The notes: generated by a model not told the origin, from the letters alone. DNA of 63,912 nucleotides, filler included, from Octopus bimaculoides (GCF_001194135.2; 7 parts of 6 records of this genome joined end to end with filler, not necessarily neighbours in it), one strand, 5' to 3'. Positions 49,037-60,985 are shown, numbered from the whole stretch's first letter. Numbers and translations are program-made.

Positions 49037-51106
49037 CTGTACTCAAGTACCCTCAACCAATTCCTCCAGGACCATTGTGAGTTGAACAACATTGTGACTG
49101 TTGAACAGGCTGGTGGAAAGAAAGGAGTGTGGGGAAGTGCTGAACAACTTTTAATAAACAAAGCTGTACTGTCTGAAGTAAGAAAACAACATAGAAACCT
49201 TGTGACAGATGGCTTGACTATAAGAAGGCATTCGACTCTATCCCTCATTCATGACAGTTGAAGTGCCTACATTTGGTATAGAGAGACTCAAAGAGACATG
49301 GACAACTATTCTTACCATTACAACTGAGAACAGAATAATTGTTTCTAATAGTATAGACATTTCAAAGGGAATATTCAGGGAGATAGTCTTTCTGTACTTC
49401 TTTTCATTTTAGCATTGAATCCATTATTGTTCCTGCTGCAGAAGACAAATGGTTACATGCTAGGATCTCCAACTGCCAGAAATATCAATGTAACTCATAA
49501 TTTTTTTGTAGGTGACCTGAAGATTTATGCTAAAAGTGTTAACAATTCTAAAAAACAACTGGAATTAACAATATTTTCAGCTGATATAGGCATGGAATTT
49601 GGCCAAAAGAAATGTTCATATTTGGTTATAGAACAAGGGAAGTAAGTCCCCAAAACCCAAAACCTATGCATCAATGGTCTCTCTATCTCCCCCATTCCAC
49701 ACAAAGAATGTTACAAGTACCTAGGCATAGACGGAAATGTATCATATGAAGGCACTGTGAATAAAGATAGAGTGACCCAAGAATATTACACCAGACTTAG
49801 AAAAATATGGCAGTCGGAACTCTCCTCTTACAACAAAACAATATCCCAGAATGCATTTGCAGTACCAGTGCTGATCCCAACATCTGGGACACTTGATTGG
49901 TCTGTAGAGGAAATCCACTCCATAGATATCAAAACCCACAAAATCCTAAGAAGAAATGAAGGCTGTAGAGGCTTGAGATCAGTGCAGATGGCCTTCAAAT
50001 ACCATATGGTATCACTCAGGCAGCACCTAAACAACAGCAGCAAAACTAAATATATTAATGCAGTCCTGAAAAGTGAAGTGAGCAACATTGTACGAGTTGG
50101 CAGTGAACTCCTCAAGAAACACTCTCTTCCTAATGATCTCCTATACAGCCTCAAAACAACTGGGCTCTCTTACCTCAGAGAAGACCTGGATTGAAAGCAG
50201 TCAGCATACAAAAAAAGACCATGCATGAGTATGTTGCCCGGAAGCTTGAAGAAGACAGTAGAATTGACACAAAGCGCAGCCTCTCTTGGATACAAGACCA
50301 CTTCATCACATCACACTTTGAAGGTTATGCGTTTGCAATCCAGGAACAGGAGATTGCCACAAAGTACCTGGTGAACAAGAGAGACAGTGACACTCTTGTA
50401 ATCCCAAGGTGCAACTGCATGTGTAGGCTGTGTCATGTTTCTGTAGAAAACATCATGCATGTGATTAGCAGCTGTCCTAAAATGTTGTCACTACCTTCCT
50501 ATGTGTCACGATGTTGCTAAAACAATTACAACACCATCCGCAAAAAAGACTGTCCTGAAATAAACTTAGAAAATCATTTTGTTATGGAATGCATTCATAA
50601 ACACCAACTCAAGGAACACTGATGGAATACTCCCATCAAAACTTCTGTCAAATGTAAACATAACAGGCTGGATATTGTTGTTTGGGACAGAGGGGCAAAG
50701 GTATGTATCATCATAGAGGTTAGCTGCCCTGCAGATATAAATATCTCTTTGAAAATCAGAGAGAATGAGGATGTCTATGGACAACTGCTTCGAAACCTCT
50801 AGCTTCTATATCCAGACTATGAGTTCATATTCATACCAACAATAATTGGAACACTAAGTTTTGTTAGTAAGTGCTTAAAGGAGAATCTGGATAAACTGGG
50901 ATTTTCAGAAAGAGAAATTGACCGGCTGATTTGTACATTACAAGTGCAATCTGTGAGTGGAAGAGTAAAAATATGCAAGACTTTTCTCAAGTTCCTAATG
51001 TGAATTTGTCTGTGTCAACTACATTCAAAAGATGGAACCTTGTATCATTGTTGAAAACCACCTCCCTCCTCAGTGGAAGATTTATAATAATTAAAAAATA
51101 GAAGAG
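49037..51106 (+). mobile_element. R4/Dong-clade non-LTR retrotransposon, 5'-truncated (RT + CCHC + RLE), copy 2
   Basis: EQAGGKKGVWGSAEQLLINK, WLDYKKAFDSIPHS, (Q)GDSLS.LLF.LALNP, FVGDLKIYAK, YKYLGI, C.CRLC....E.I.HVISSCP, HNRLDIVVWD, IEVSCPAD; many stops and frameshifts; CDS ends at 51003, then 3' UTR and (ACAT)17. Confidence 0.93.
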
Positions 51107-51174
51107 ACATACATACATACATACATACATACATACATACATACATACATACATACATACATACATACATACAT
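51107..51174. repeat. (ACAT)17 microsatellite between two R4/Dong copies
   Basis: Directly visible. Confidence 0.95.
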
Positions 51175-51558
51175 GGGACCACAAAGAAAAGACATGTTCT
51201 ATTGTGGAAATCAGCTGCCCTCTGGACACCAATGTGGTTAGAAAAATACAAGAGAAAGAGGACATCTATGAACCAGTGATAAGGAGTTTGAAAATCTAGT
51301 ACCCAAGATATACTTTCAGCCTCATATTTGATATTTATTATTATTGGAGCTACAGGATATGTACCAACCTGTCTGAAGCAAAATATGGCAGAACTTGAGA
51401 TCTTGGGGAGAGACTGCAAATCATTAATTTTTATGCAACAAATAATCGTGTCTGGGACTATAAAAATCTGCAAGACCTTAAGATTTAAAGGGATGATGAT
51501 TAAAACAAGATGCTTTCCTTCACAACCTTGCTACCAAAATTAAGAAAGAGAAAGAGAA
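51175..51558 (+). mobile_element. R4/Dong-type LINE 3' fragment (RLE domain), copy 3
   Basis: DHKEKTCSIVEISCPLDTNVVRKIQEKEDIYEP..IFIIIGATGYVPTCLKQNMAEL..IVSGTIKICKTL; followed by (CCAT)n/(ACAT)n. Confidence 0.85.
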
Positions 51559-51814
51559 GTCCATCCATCCATCTGTTCATCCATCCATCCATCCATCCAG
51601 CCAGCCAGCCATCCATCCACCCATCCATCTATCCTTCCATCCATACATACATGCATGCATTTATACATTTAATGTAGTGAATTCACAAAACAAATAGAGC
51701 ATTGGATATAATGCCTTGAGATATGAGCACTGCATTTTATTCTTTTGGGCTTGATAATCTAAATTGGGAGATTGGTGAAACTAATATATATCAATAAGTG
51801 CAGTAGTGGTTGTC

Positions 51815-52217
51815 CAACTGCATGGCACCTAGGGTAAGTGTCTTCTATAGCTTCAGGCTGACCAAATCTTGTGAATGGATTTAGTAAATGGAAACTAAAA
51901 GAAGCCCTTCGTGTATGTATTTGTGTGTGCATGTGTGTGTGTGCATGTGTGTACTTGCCTGTGCACGTGTGTGTGTGTGTGTATTTATAGCTATGTGTGT
52001 ATGTCTTGTGTCCATGTTTGTCCCCCACCACTGCTTGACAACCGGTGCTGGTTTGTTTATGTCCCCATAACTTAGTAGTTTGGTAAAAAGAGACTGATAG
52101 AATAAGTACCAGGCTTAAAAAAAAAGTCCTGAGGTCAATTCATTTGACTAAAAGGTCTTCAATGCAGTGCCCCCAGCATGACCACAGTCTAATGACTGCA
52201 ACAGATAAAAGATAAAG
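51815..52217 (+). mobile_element. SINE family A, degenerate and CpG-decayed
   Basis: GGCACCTAGGGTAAGTGTCTTCT..TGTTTGTCCCCCACCACTGCTTGACAACC..CCAGCATGACCACAGTCTAATGACTG. Confidence 0.8.
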
Positions 52218-52274
52218 GCCTAGCCATTTGGATAGATGTATACATCTATCCAAATGGCTAGGCCTTTATCTTTT
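52207..52274. repeat. Perfect 68-bp palindrome (34 + 34, no spacer)
   Basis: AAAAGATAAAGGCCTAGCCATTTGGATAGATGTA|TACATCTATCCAAATGGCTAGGCCTTTATCTTTT. Confidence 0.95.
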
Positions 52275-52509
52275 GTACCATATAGGTACATAACAAAGTA
52301 GTTATCTTGATAGGTAAATACAAAGGTCGATAGCAACCCAACATTTTAGCTAGCTGTAAAAGTAGATTGCAAACCAGTCAGCTAGCCAGATATTTAACTA
52401 CGCAAGTAGATGGCAGGCTTGCTACCTGGCCAGCTATCCATCCAAACAAGCAGTTTTCAATTTGAAGCTCATGATAAAATATCCAGGGGCACACAGAAAA
52501 GAATATTAC

Positions 52510-52630
52510 GATGGGTATCAACCATTAGGTTGGTGACAGAAAAGGCATCCAGCTGTAGAGAACCCGCCTTCATAAATTCTGTCCAACCCATGTATGGAAA
52601 AAGTGGACATTAAAATGATGAGGATGAGGA
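52510..52630 (+). mobile_element. RTE-type 3' tail fragment
   Basis: GGTTGGTGACAGAAAAGGCATCCAGCTGTAGA..GTCCAACCCATG.ATGGAAAAGTGGACATTAAAATGATGA. Confidence 0.75.
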
Positions 52631-52808
52631 TTAAGGTTTGTATGTGTTTATGCAGTTGTTTATTCCAGTTGTTTTCTGTCATGTTGCATTAATTAATGTT
52701 TAATTAAATTTATTCTGTTAATTTGGGGTTTAATTTTCCTTTTTATGCTCAGTTGGTTTATGAAAATGGTCAGTAAATCAAGTAAACCAGTGGAAAACCC
52801 AAGATCAC

Positions 52809-52847
<39 letters not shown>

Positions 52848-53135
52848 GATGTTTCCATGCTTGCACGAGATGGATTGAGTTTCATGAGGCAGATTTTGTA
52901 CATGGTGGCACATGGGGCACATAGTTTCTATTACAGATCTAGAAAGATACATATAAACATAGATAACAAGAGAGATAGCTAGATGAATATTTACATACAT
53001 ACATACATAGTTAGATAGATAGATAGACAGACAGACACAGTAAATTAGCTATAGATAGTGTATAAGCAAATAGCAATAATTTTACCCATATGTATGTATA
53101 TATATAGATAACAAGCTATATATATATATATATAT

Positions 53136-53235
53136 NNNNNNNNNNNNNNNNNNNNNNNNNNNNNNNNNNNNNNNNNNNNTTAATTAATTAANNNNNNNNN
53201 NNNNNNNNNNNNNNNNNNNNNNNNNNNNNNNNNNN
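53136..53235. other. Artificial assembly spacer N44-TTAATTAATTAA-N44
   Basis: Core at 53180-53191. Confidence 0.95.
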
Positions 53236-53732
53236 TGTGTGTGTGTCTGTGTGTCTGTCTGTGTGTGTGTGTGTGTGTGCGCATGTGAGAAACGTAGCAA
53301 GTATTCCCGTTTCTGCCGGTTATCTCAGCTGTTACACCAATCGAACGATAATTGTATAGTTTATTGATAAGCGTATCTGTATCTGTCTTTTGGGAAATGT
53401 TAGGTCGCTTCAGAAGCTACTGAGGCGCCTTTCAGGATTAATTTAGAACAACAAGAGATTCTTTAAATGATCACTTGACCTGCTAAAAATAACAAGGAAA
53501 TTGGCCTCAAACTATAACCTACTGTCTTTAATAGCAATGATATACGTTATTCATGGAAAGAAAGAATAGCTGATTGAGTATTGTTCGATCATAGGTGTAC
53601 CCACTCGGGGTCAACGTGAGTCTACAACCTGTCATAGTGGATGTAACACTGATCATGGGAATTGTTATGTGACAAATTGCTTGCTTACTCCCTCCATCTC
53701 GCTCACTACTGTTTCTTCATATGTATATATCG

Positions 53733-54108
53733 TGGTACTCCGTCGGTTACGGCAACGAGGGTTCCAGTTAATCCGATCAACGGAACAGCCTGCTCGTGAA
53801 ATTAACGTGCAGGTGGCTGAACACTCCACACAAACACGTCTACCCTTAACGTAGTTCTCGGGGAGATTCAGGGTGACACAGAGTGTGACAAGGCTACCCC
53901 TTTGAAGTACAGGTACAACAGAAACAGGAAGAAAAAGTGAAAGTTTTGGTGAAAGAGAACAGCAAGGTTCAGCACCGCACCCTGCCGGAGCCTTGTGGAG
54001 CTTAGGATTTTTCGCTCAATATACAGTCACAACACTCGGTCCGGGAATCGAAACCGCGATCCTACGACCGCGAGTCCACTGCCCTAACCACTGGGCCATT
54101 GCGCCTCC
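53733..54108 (-). mobile_element. SINE family C, full length
   Basis: Reverse complement aligns end to end with 16241-16626. Confidence 0.92.
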
Positions 54109-54113
54109 ACATG

Positions 54114-54158
<45 letters not shown>

Positions 54159-54472
54159 NNNNNNNNNNNNNNNNNNNNNNNNNNNNNNNNNNNNNNNNNN
54201 NNNNNNNNNNNNNNNNNNNNNNNNNNNNNNNNNNNNNNNNNNNNNNNNNNNNNNNNNNNNNNNNNNNNNNNNNNNNNNNNNNNNNNNNNNNNNNNNNNNN
54301 NNNNNNNNNNNNNNNNNNNNNNNNNNNNNNNNNNNNNNNNNNNNNNNNNNNNNNNNNNNNNNNNNNNNNNNNNNNNNNNNNNNNNNNNNNNNNNNNNNNN
54401 NNNNNNNNNNNNNNNNNNNNNNNNNNNNNNNNNNNNNNNNNNNNNNNNNNNNNNNNNNNTATACCTTGACAA

Positions 54473-54545
<73 letters not shown>

Positions 54546-55419
54546 CAAGGGTGGAGGAAGGTAAGAATGTAAGGCAGGCAGGAATTTTTGAAACTATATA
54601 GATAGGTTGGTCGAAACAAGGATGACTGGAGAGATAATCAGATGAATAGAAAATTAGCTGGAAAGGCAAATATCCGACGACTTACATCTGGTGTTACGGT
54701 ATAATAATTTCTATTTACGTAGTTTCTTCAACCAACTGAATCTTCTTAATATTATTACAAACAGCACGGAGTAACAGATTGTGCATAGAAAACCTTTTTC
54801 ATAATTTTAAATTAGACCTCCTATCTACCCCCGTGTGATAGAATCAAAACAAACTGAACTCTACTAAGAATGGGAAAGCGCATACTCAGACAAAACCTAG
54901 CATGTGCTACGATTTGTGTTTTGATTATAATTATATTTTATTTGATCTATGGAGCTATGCTGTTGAAATAAAATGTATATAAAATCTAACATATTCAAAT
55001 AATTAGCAGACGCATTCGAGCAATAAGATATAAAAGTTAACGGATGCAGCCGTTTTCATCTCATTTTATTATACTTATTTAGATTTTAATTTGAGTGGCT
55101 GAGTCTGAGATGACCGAAGCAATAGTGTTTTTGATATCCAGCTAGAAAGATAGCATTTGTTTTTATTCTGTTAGACATGCTTCACAAATATATGCTAATG
55201 GCCTAATATGCTCCAGCAGTATAGATTAATTCGTGCGCCGAGCCAGCTCTAAAGAGGTCACAATCGTATCATTAGCTTGGATGGAGTCGTTTAACCCTAG
55301 ATGACCCAGGAATGCAAGCAACTATAATCAAACGTGTTCTTTGTGTGGTCATACTACTTTCCAACAATACATCATTTATATAATTCGGTAGCTTCTTTTT
55401 TTATTTGGTAATTCTGGAA

Positions 55420-56890
55420 CACGAAGGAATGCCTATGCCCTAGACCGGTGAGATTATTACCATCAGTGTCGCTCTTGAAACTCACCGGCAGAAAAGAGAC
55501 GAACAGGAAGGAAATTTCAGAGGACTGATATTCTCATGGAGAATAAAGCGTATTCATTAGTGCAGGACTCGAGATTTTGACACGACAAGGATAATGATGG
55601 AAGAAAGAGACTAGTGGCACTGGGGTGTTTGAGTGAGTGGGGATGACATATGCCCATGCAATTTCGATGAGAAAAGGTCATCACATGAGAAGTAGAAAAG
55701 GCAGAGAGAAGAGACAGCTCACCTGTGGACCAGAGACTGGAGCGTATCACATGACTTTATGCCTATCAATAAGGTGGCCTTCTTTTGAGGATGTGATCTA
55801 GGATGTCTGTATGTCAAGGAAAAGAATCCGCTATCATTACTGTTCCGTTCGAGATATAACAATTGTTTGGGACTGAAAGGTAGGACTGATGAGAAGGGTC
55901 AGTTGTTGGTGTGCGAACCTAATCAAAAATATAATTGCGCTATATGAGACTTTCGATGATAGTGAAATCCAATAATTCGAACTATTTCGAAGATTCTAAA
56001 TGTAGCTGATGATTAACAGGTTTGTGGTGCTATAATTGGTTTTCATTCAATGGCGTTTCCGTTTCCTTGCAGTTGAAAGAGACACGGTTCGCATGTCCTA
56101 AATGGAGGTTGATTTCGAAGTTTCTGTTCATGGATTCATTGTGTATGTTGTGTGCAGTATTTAGTAAGGAGGTATTAGTTGGCGCGGATGAAGGATAGTG
56201 TCATCTGCACGAGCATGGATGTCGTAGGATTTGGTGGTAATTCTTGACAAACAAACTGACTATGCACACGGCAAACTTCATACATATGGATAGAGCTGAT
56301 AGTTAGGTATTCAAAGGTGAGAATATGACTACCGAATTCCTCCAAGGTGAGTAATAGGGGAGACATGGTCACCAATGGATCTGGGAGTGTACTGGTAGTC
56401 ATTGAAAGGGAGGGAGAGAGAGATTCAATATATTGGAAGACGTCGCTTTTAATGGTTGTCTCCGTTATTTTGGATATTTGAAGCGATGCAGGGGATCAAT
56501 AGCTGCGTGAGTCAAAGGGGTTGCCTTTCTTGGAGATCAGACATAGCATAACGTGTTTTTTTTGTTTTTTTCAGAGATCAGGGTAGATCCTAGAAGTAGA
56601 GACTGAAAAATTTGATGAACACCGGGGTGTTGTCTTTGAGAGTGATAATGGGGACACCATCTTGACGGGTGGCCTTGCTAGTTTGTAGTGACAGAAGGTA
56701 CTATCGCACCTGATGTGTATTTGCAAGATGATGGACCTGAAAGGGTGCAACTATTTGAAATTGGTGGAGATTTGCCAAGTTCCTGCAATGTGGAGTTGGA
56801 TGCAAAGCGGGCCGGGAAGGTACAGGCTTTCTATTTTGGGATAAGTAATGTAGTATTCTTAGATCTTTTGCCTTTCACTGGAAAGTAATC
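55420..56890 (-). mobile_element. Heavily decayed APE-type LINE (Jockey/CR1/I group) reverse transcriptase and C-terminal remnant
   Basis: LISKKGNPFDSRSY..ISKITET.I..F.YIES (cf. IPKKGD.S..SNYRPI), IHARADDTILH (cf. IHSYADDSTLH), TNEYA...R.S.L*N.LP (cf. TN.Y..SFFPRT..LWN.LP). Confidence 0.7.
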
Positions 56891-56962
56891 AGTGTTTCCA
56901 TTCAACTGGAGAAATATTCTGGTATAATCTTTTTTTAAATGCTGAAGAAACATAGAATGACA

Positions 56963-57034
56963 TATATTTGTAATATGTGCGATAGGACTTATCTACAGTT
57001 ACACAGCTTAAAGATAAATCGCTTCTCTATGCAT
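56963..57034 (+). pseudogene. Possible degenerate single C2H2 zinc finger
   Basis: YICNMCDRTYLQLHSLKI[N]RFSMH fits Y-x-C-x2-C-x3-Y-x5-L-x2-[H>N]-x4-H. Confidence 0.3.
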
Positions 57035-57261
57035 TACAATTTCATCGATGGTAGCATAATTCAAAGAGCACTTATTGATACAATCAGATATGGGAACGGT
57101 AAACGTGTACGTTTAGAGCAATGTTAACGTCAATGAGAATACAAACTTCTAGTCCAATACAATAGTCATACAGTTATTTCGTTTTAACTTGCATCTGATG
57201 GAACAGAAATTTTTAATGCGTGGTGCACACACACCAATAATTTAATATTCTCGTGATCCGG

Positions 57262-57473
57262 GATGGCGAGCTAACAGAGTCGTTACCTCACCGGACGAAA
57301 TGCTGAGTGGCATTTCGTCTTTAGGTTCAGAGTTCAAATTTTACCGAGGTTGACTTTGCCTTTCGTCCTTTCGGAGTCGATAAAATAAGTACCGGTTGAA
57401 CACTGGGGTCGATGTTGTGGTCTCATCCATCACCCGAAATTTCTGGCCTTGTGCCGATATTTGAAACCAATAT
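57262..57473 (+). mobile_element. SINE family B
   Basis: GATGGCGAGCTAACAGAG..GAGTTCAAATTT..GAGGTTGACTTTGCCTTTCGTCCTTTCGGAGTCGATAAAATAAGTACC. Confidence 0.85.
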
Positions 57474-59438
57474 TCTTGTAATCCAGTTGTTGATCAGAAA
57501 CTGCCAATATACTTTTCTTCAAATAACTATCAGGTATATTTTTACATATATTAATAACGGCTAATTTACCAATTACAACATTCGATAACCTAGTTTAAGG
57601 AGGACGTATTCTGCACATAAGACGTCATCCTGCATTGTAATTAATTTAGCGACATAGCCTGCTGCTCAGGTAACACGTCTTCCTAGTGAAAAGCCTTCTC
57701 GTGCAATTTTAAGATTCAACATTTGTTCAATTAACGAGTTTGTTTGTTCGGAATCATGTCGCATGCCTACATACAATAATTCTAGCACCTCAAATCTAAA
57801 TTTAAGCTGTTCATATATTAACTTTGCAAGGCATTTAGCAGCTTTCAATGCCTATTTTTTAGACCCTGCAAAGCATTAACCAATATAGAATTTAACCATG
57901 AAAAGGAAAGATAAAATCGAAAAAGACAAAAAAAAATCAGAAACACCAACCGCAGCTCAAGCTCAGAATAGTTTACTGCGTATTAATAATTACAATAGAT
58001 CTCAAGATAGGCTCTTATGAGTTTCTTATATATGTCATATAACATCACTGCCATAAATTGATGCGGGTTAAGGAACAGAAAATGTTTAAAAGCATCACAA
58101 GGAACCTTTTATCCATTTCCAACAGATAAATAAAGCAGCAACAACATATACTTTTTGGTAATGTTACTGAACATCTTACTGATATCCTCAAAGAATGAGA
58201 TGGTAAATAAACGATAAATATAATTGTGCAGTTCATATCTTGAAACATATAAAAGCAATATCATGTATGTGTGTGGGGGGTGGGGGGTATAATATATATA
58301 TATATATATATAATTTTCTGCAAATCTGAGAGTTGACCAAGTTAGGTATAGTTTCAGACACGAAAATATAGATAAAATTTTCTATATGTGCTTTATATAA
58401 ATGAAAACCTATCGTGAGCTTAATAGCATATGTATATATATATANNNNNNNNNNNNNNNNNNNNNNNNNNNNNNNNNNNNNNNNNNNNNNNNNNNNNNNN
58501 NNNNNNNNNNNNNNNNNNNNNNNNNNNNNNNNNNNNNNNNNNNNNNNNNNNNNNNNNNNNNNNNNNNNNNNNNNNNNNNNNNNNNNNNNNNNNNNNNNNN
58601 NNNNNNNNNNNNNNNNNNNNNNNNNNNNNNNNNCATATGTATATACGCAAAAAAAAATAAGGACAATAAACTAAGACGAAAAGGAATGGGTGGACACAAT
58701 TCCAGCGAAATTCTCCTACTAAATTCTTCCCCATTCTGACATTTGAAGGAGAAGAGAAGTTGCATTACTAATGGAAACAATAAACGTTGGCAGAAGGAGC
58801 TTCTATCACAAAGAGATACACGCTGGCACTTTAGTGTTTATATGCAATAAAATAGTAGAATCCAATCTCTTGTGAATTTATAATTTCTCCACGACAGTTA
58901 AATTCGAAATATTGCAAAAGCCTCTCAATAAAATATAGTAATAATGTATATATTTAGTACCCGCTACCGTCCCTAATATCTGTCTGCTAATATCTTCCAA
59001 ATATGTATATCCTACACATAATGTGTGTGCAAACGTGAATGCGTATAACTGTAAGTGTTAATATATATATATATATATATATTTTTGTGACGATATGACT
59101 AACTCATAAACTCATATGCGTATGTGTGTGATTCTAAGCGATTTTTGTATACGTCTTATATTTAAAGTTATATTTACACCATATATTTGTTATTAAGTGT
59201 TATGATGTAATCATATCAATACCGTAAAATACATAAAATATATATATAAGCATATAGTCTTAAAAATGCTTTTCAATGTGTGCGTGTGTGTGCGTGTGTG
59301 TGCGCGTGTTTGTGTGTATGTGTGTGTGTGAATGAGTGAGTATATGCGTATGTGAGAGAGTGTGCCAATACATGATTTAAGTACATATATTCTTATATAT
59401 TTATGCAAATATTTACATAGAAATGTCTAAACATACAA

Positions 59439-59476
<38 letters not shown>

Positions 59477-59576
59477 NNNNNNNNNNNNNNNNNNNNNNNN
59501 NNNNNNNNNNNNNNNNNNNNTTAATTAATTAANNNNNNNNNNNNNNNNNNNNNNNNNNNNNNNNNNNNNNNNNNNN
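59477..59576. other. Artificial assembly spacer N44-TTAATTAATTAA-N44
   Basis: Core at 59521-59532. Confidence 0.95.
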
Positions 59577-59656
<80 letters not shown>

Positions 59657-59670
59657 TGAGTGTGTATGTA

Positions 59671-59780
59671 GAGAACGATGGCTTAGTGGTTAACTTATTA
59701 TACTCATGATCGTAAGATTGTGATTTCAATCCCTGAACCGAGCGATGAGTTGTGTTCTTGAGTAAGTCTTTATTTCTCGC
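59671..59780 (+). mobile_element. SINE family E head fragment
   Basis: ATGGCTTAGTGGTTAA..GATTTCAATCCC..TGTGTTCTTGAGTAAG..TTTATTTC. Confidence 0.6.
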
Positions 59781-60299
59781 TACCAACTCACGGGCAAAAA
59801 CGAAAAAAACCTCATGACAAACCGGCGTTCCATCCATGATGGTGGTGGGATATATTCGCCACAGTATCCGCGATTATGAGCTTAATGCTCGGTAAGAACA
59901 TTGCGTTGTTTTCTTCATGTATATAATAAATACGTAATACATTATCATTATTAGGGCCGGTTTGCAGCCCGGCCCGCGGTAATAAAATCTACCCGCCAAG
60001 CTTCTCGGTCCGGCATTCAAGACCAGTGTCTGCAATCAAACTGTCGATATAATTGTGACAACGATTTCATCATAATACATAGGTAATATATATATATGTG
60101 CGTGTGTGTGCCCCCGTGTGTGTGTACACATGTGTATACATACATACACATATATATGTATATATATATAAATATAAATATGTGTAAATATAAATATATA
60201 CAAATATATATTATATACGCACTCACACGCACAAATTTTATAAATGCATACATATTTTATCATTATACATTGTACTGCACACACACACACGTGTGTGTG

Positions 60300-60468
60300 T
60301 GCGGTAAGAAGCTTGCTTCCCAACCACATGGTTCAAGGTTCAGTCCCAAAGCGTGACACACGCGGCAAGTGTCTTCTAAAGTAATCTCGGGCCGACCAAA
60401 GCCATGTGAGTGGATGTGGTAGAGGGAAACTGAAAGAAGCCCGTCGTATATACATTTATAAAATAATG

Positions 60469-60507
<39 letters not shown>

Positions 60508-60839
60508 GGGATAAAAATCCAAATTTACAGGTAAAAACTCAATTAAGTTCAATTTATCAAAAATTAAATCAAGTTTCACAGTATATAAAATAAAAATATA
60601 TAATTTAGACAAAAGAACCAAAGTTCATGAACTCATCCATGAAAATACACAGTCACATATAGAGAAAATTAATAAGTAAATACACTATAAAGGAGTATAT
60701 AATACAAAGAAAAAAATCATAAAATCATAATTATTATAATTACTATAATTATTATAGTGTATTTACTTATTAATTTTCTCTATATGTGACTGTGGATTTT
60801 CATGGATGAGCTCATGAATTTTGGTTCGTTTCTCTAAAT

Positions 60840-60887
<48 letters not shown>

Positions 60888-60985
60888 TTGTGTTACGAAG
60901 AATAAGTTCTGGGGTCATTTGTTTGATTAAAGGCGGTGCTCCAGAATGGCCACAGTCAAATGACTGAAACAAGTAAAAGAATAAA
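60300..60985 (+). mobile_element. SINE family A split by an ~430-bp insertion (head 60300-60452, tail about 60880-60985)
   Basis: Head ends at AAGAAGCCCGTCGTATATAC; tail resumes with TTACGAAGAATAAGTTCTGGGGTC..GACTGAAACAAGTAAAAGAATA. Confidence 0.8.
60597..60845. repeat. 94-bp inverted repeat (about 5 mismatches) with 61-nt spacer
   Basis: Arms 60597-60690 and 60752-60845. Confidence 0.92.

Noticed and set aside
57666-57848. Protein-looking ORF LKAAKCLAKLIYEQLKFRFEVLELLYVGMRHDSEQ...
   Set aside because: TTG start, no credible acceptor (A-rich AG), its 3' end overlaps a degenerate repeat, and no family is recognised.
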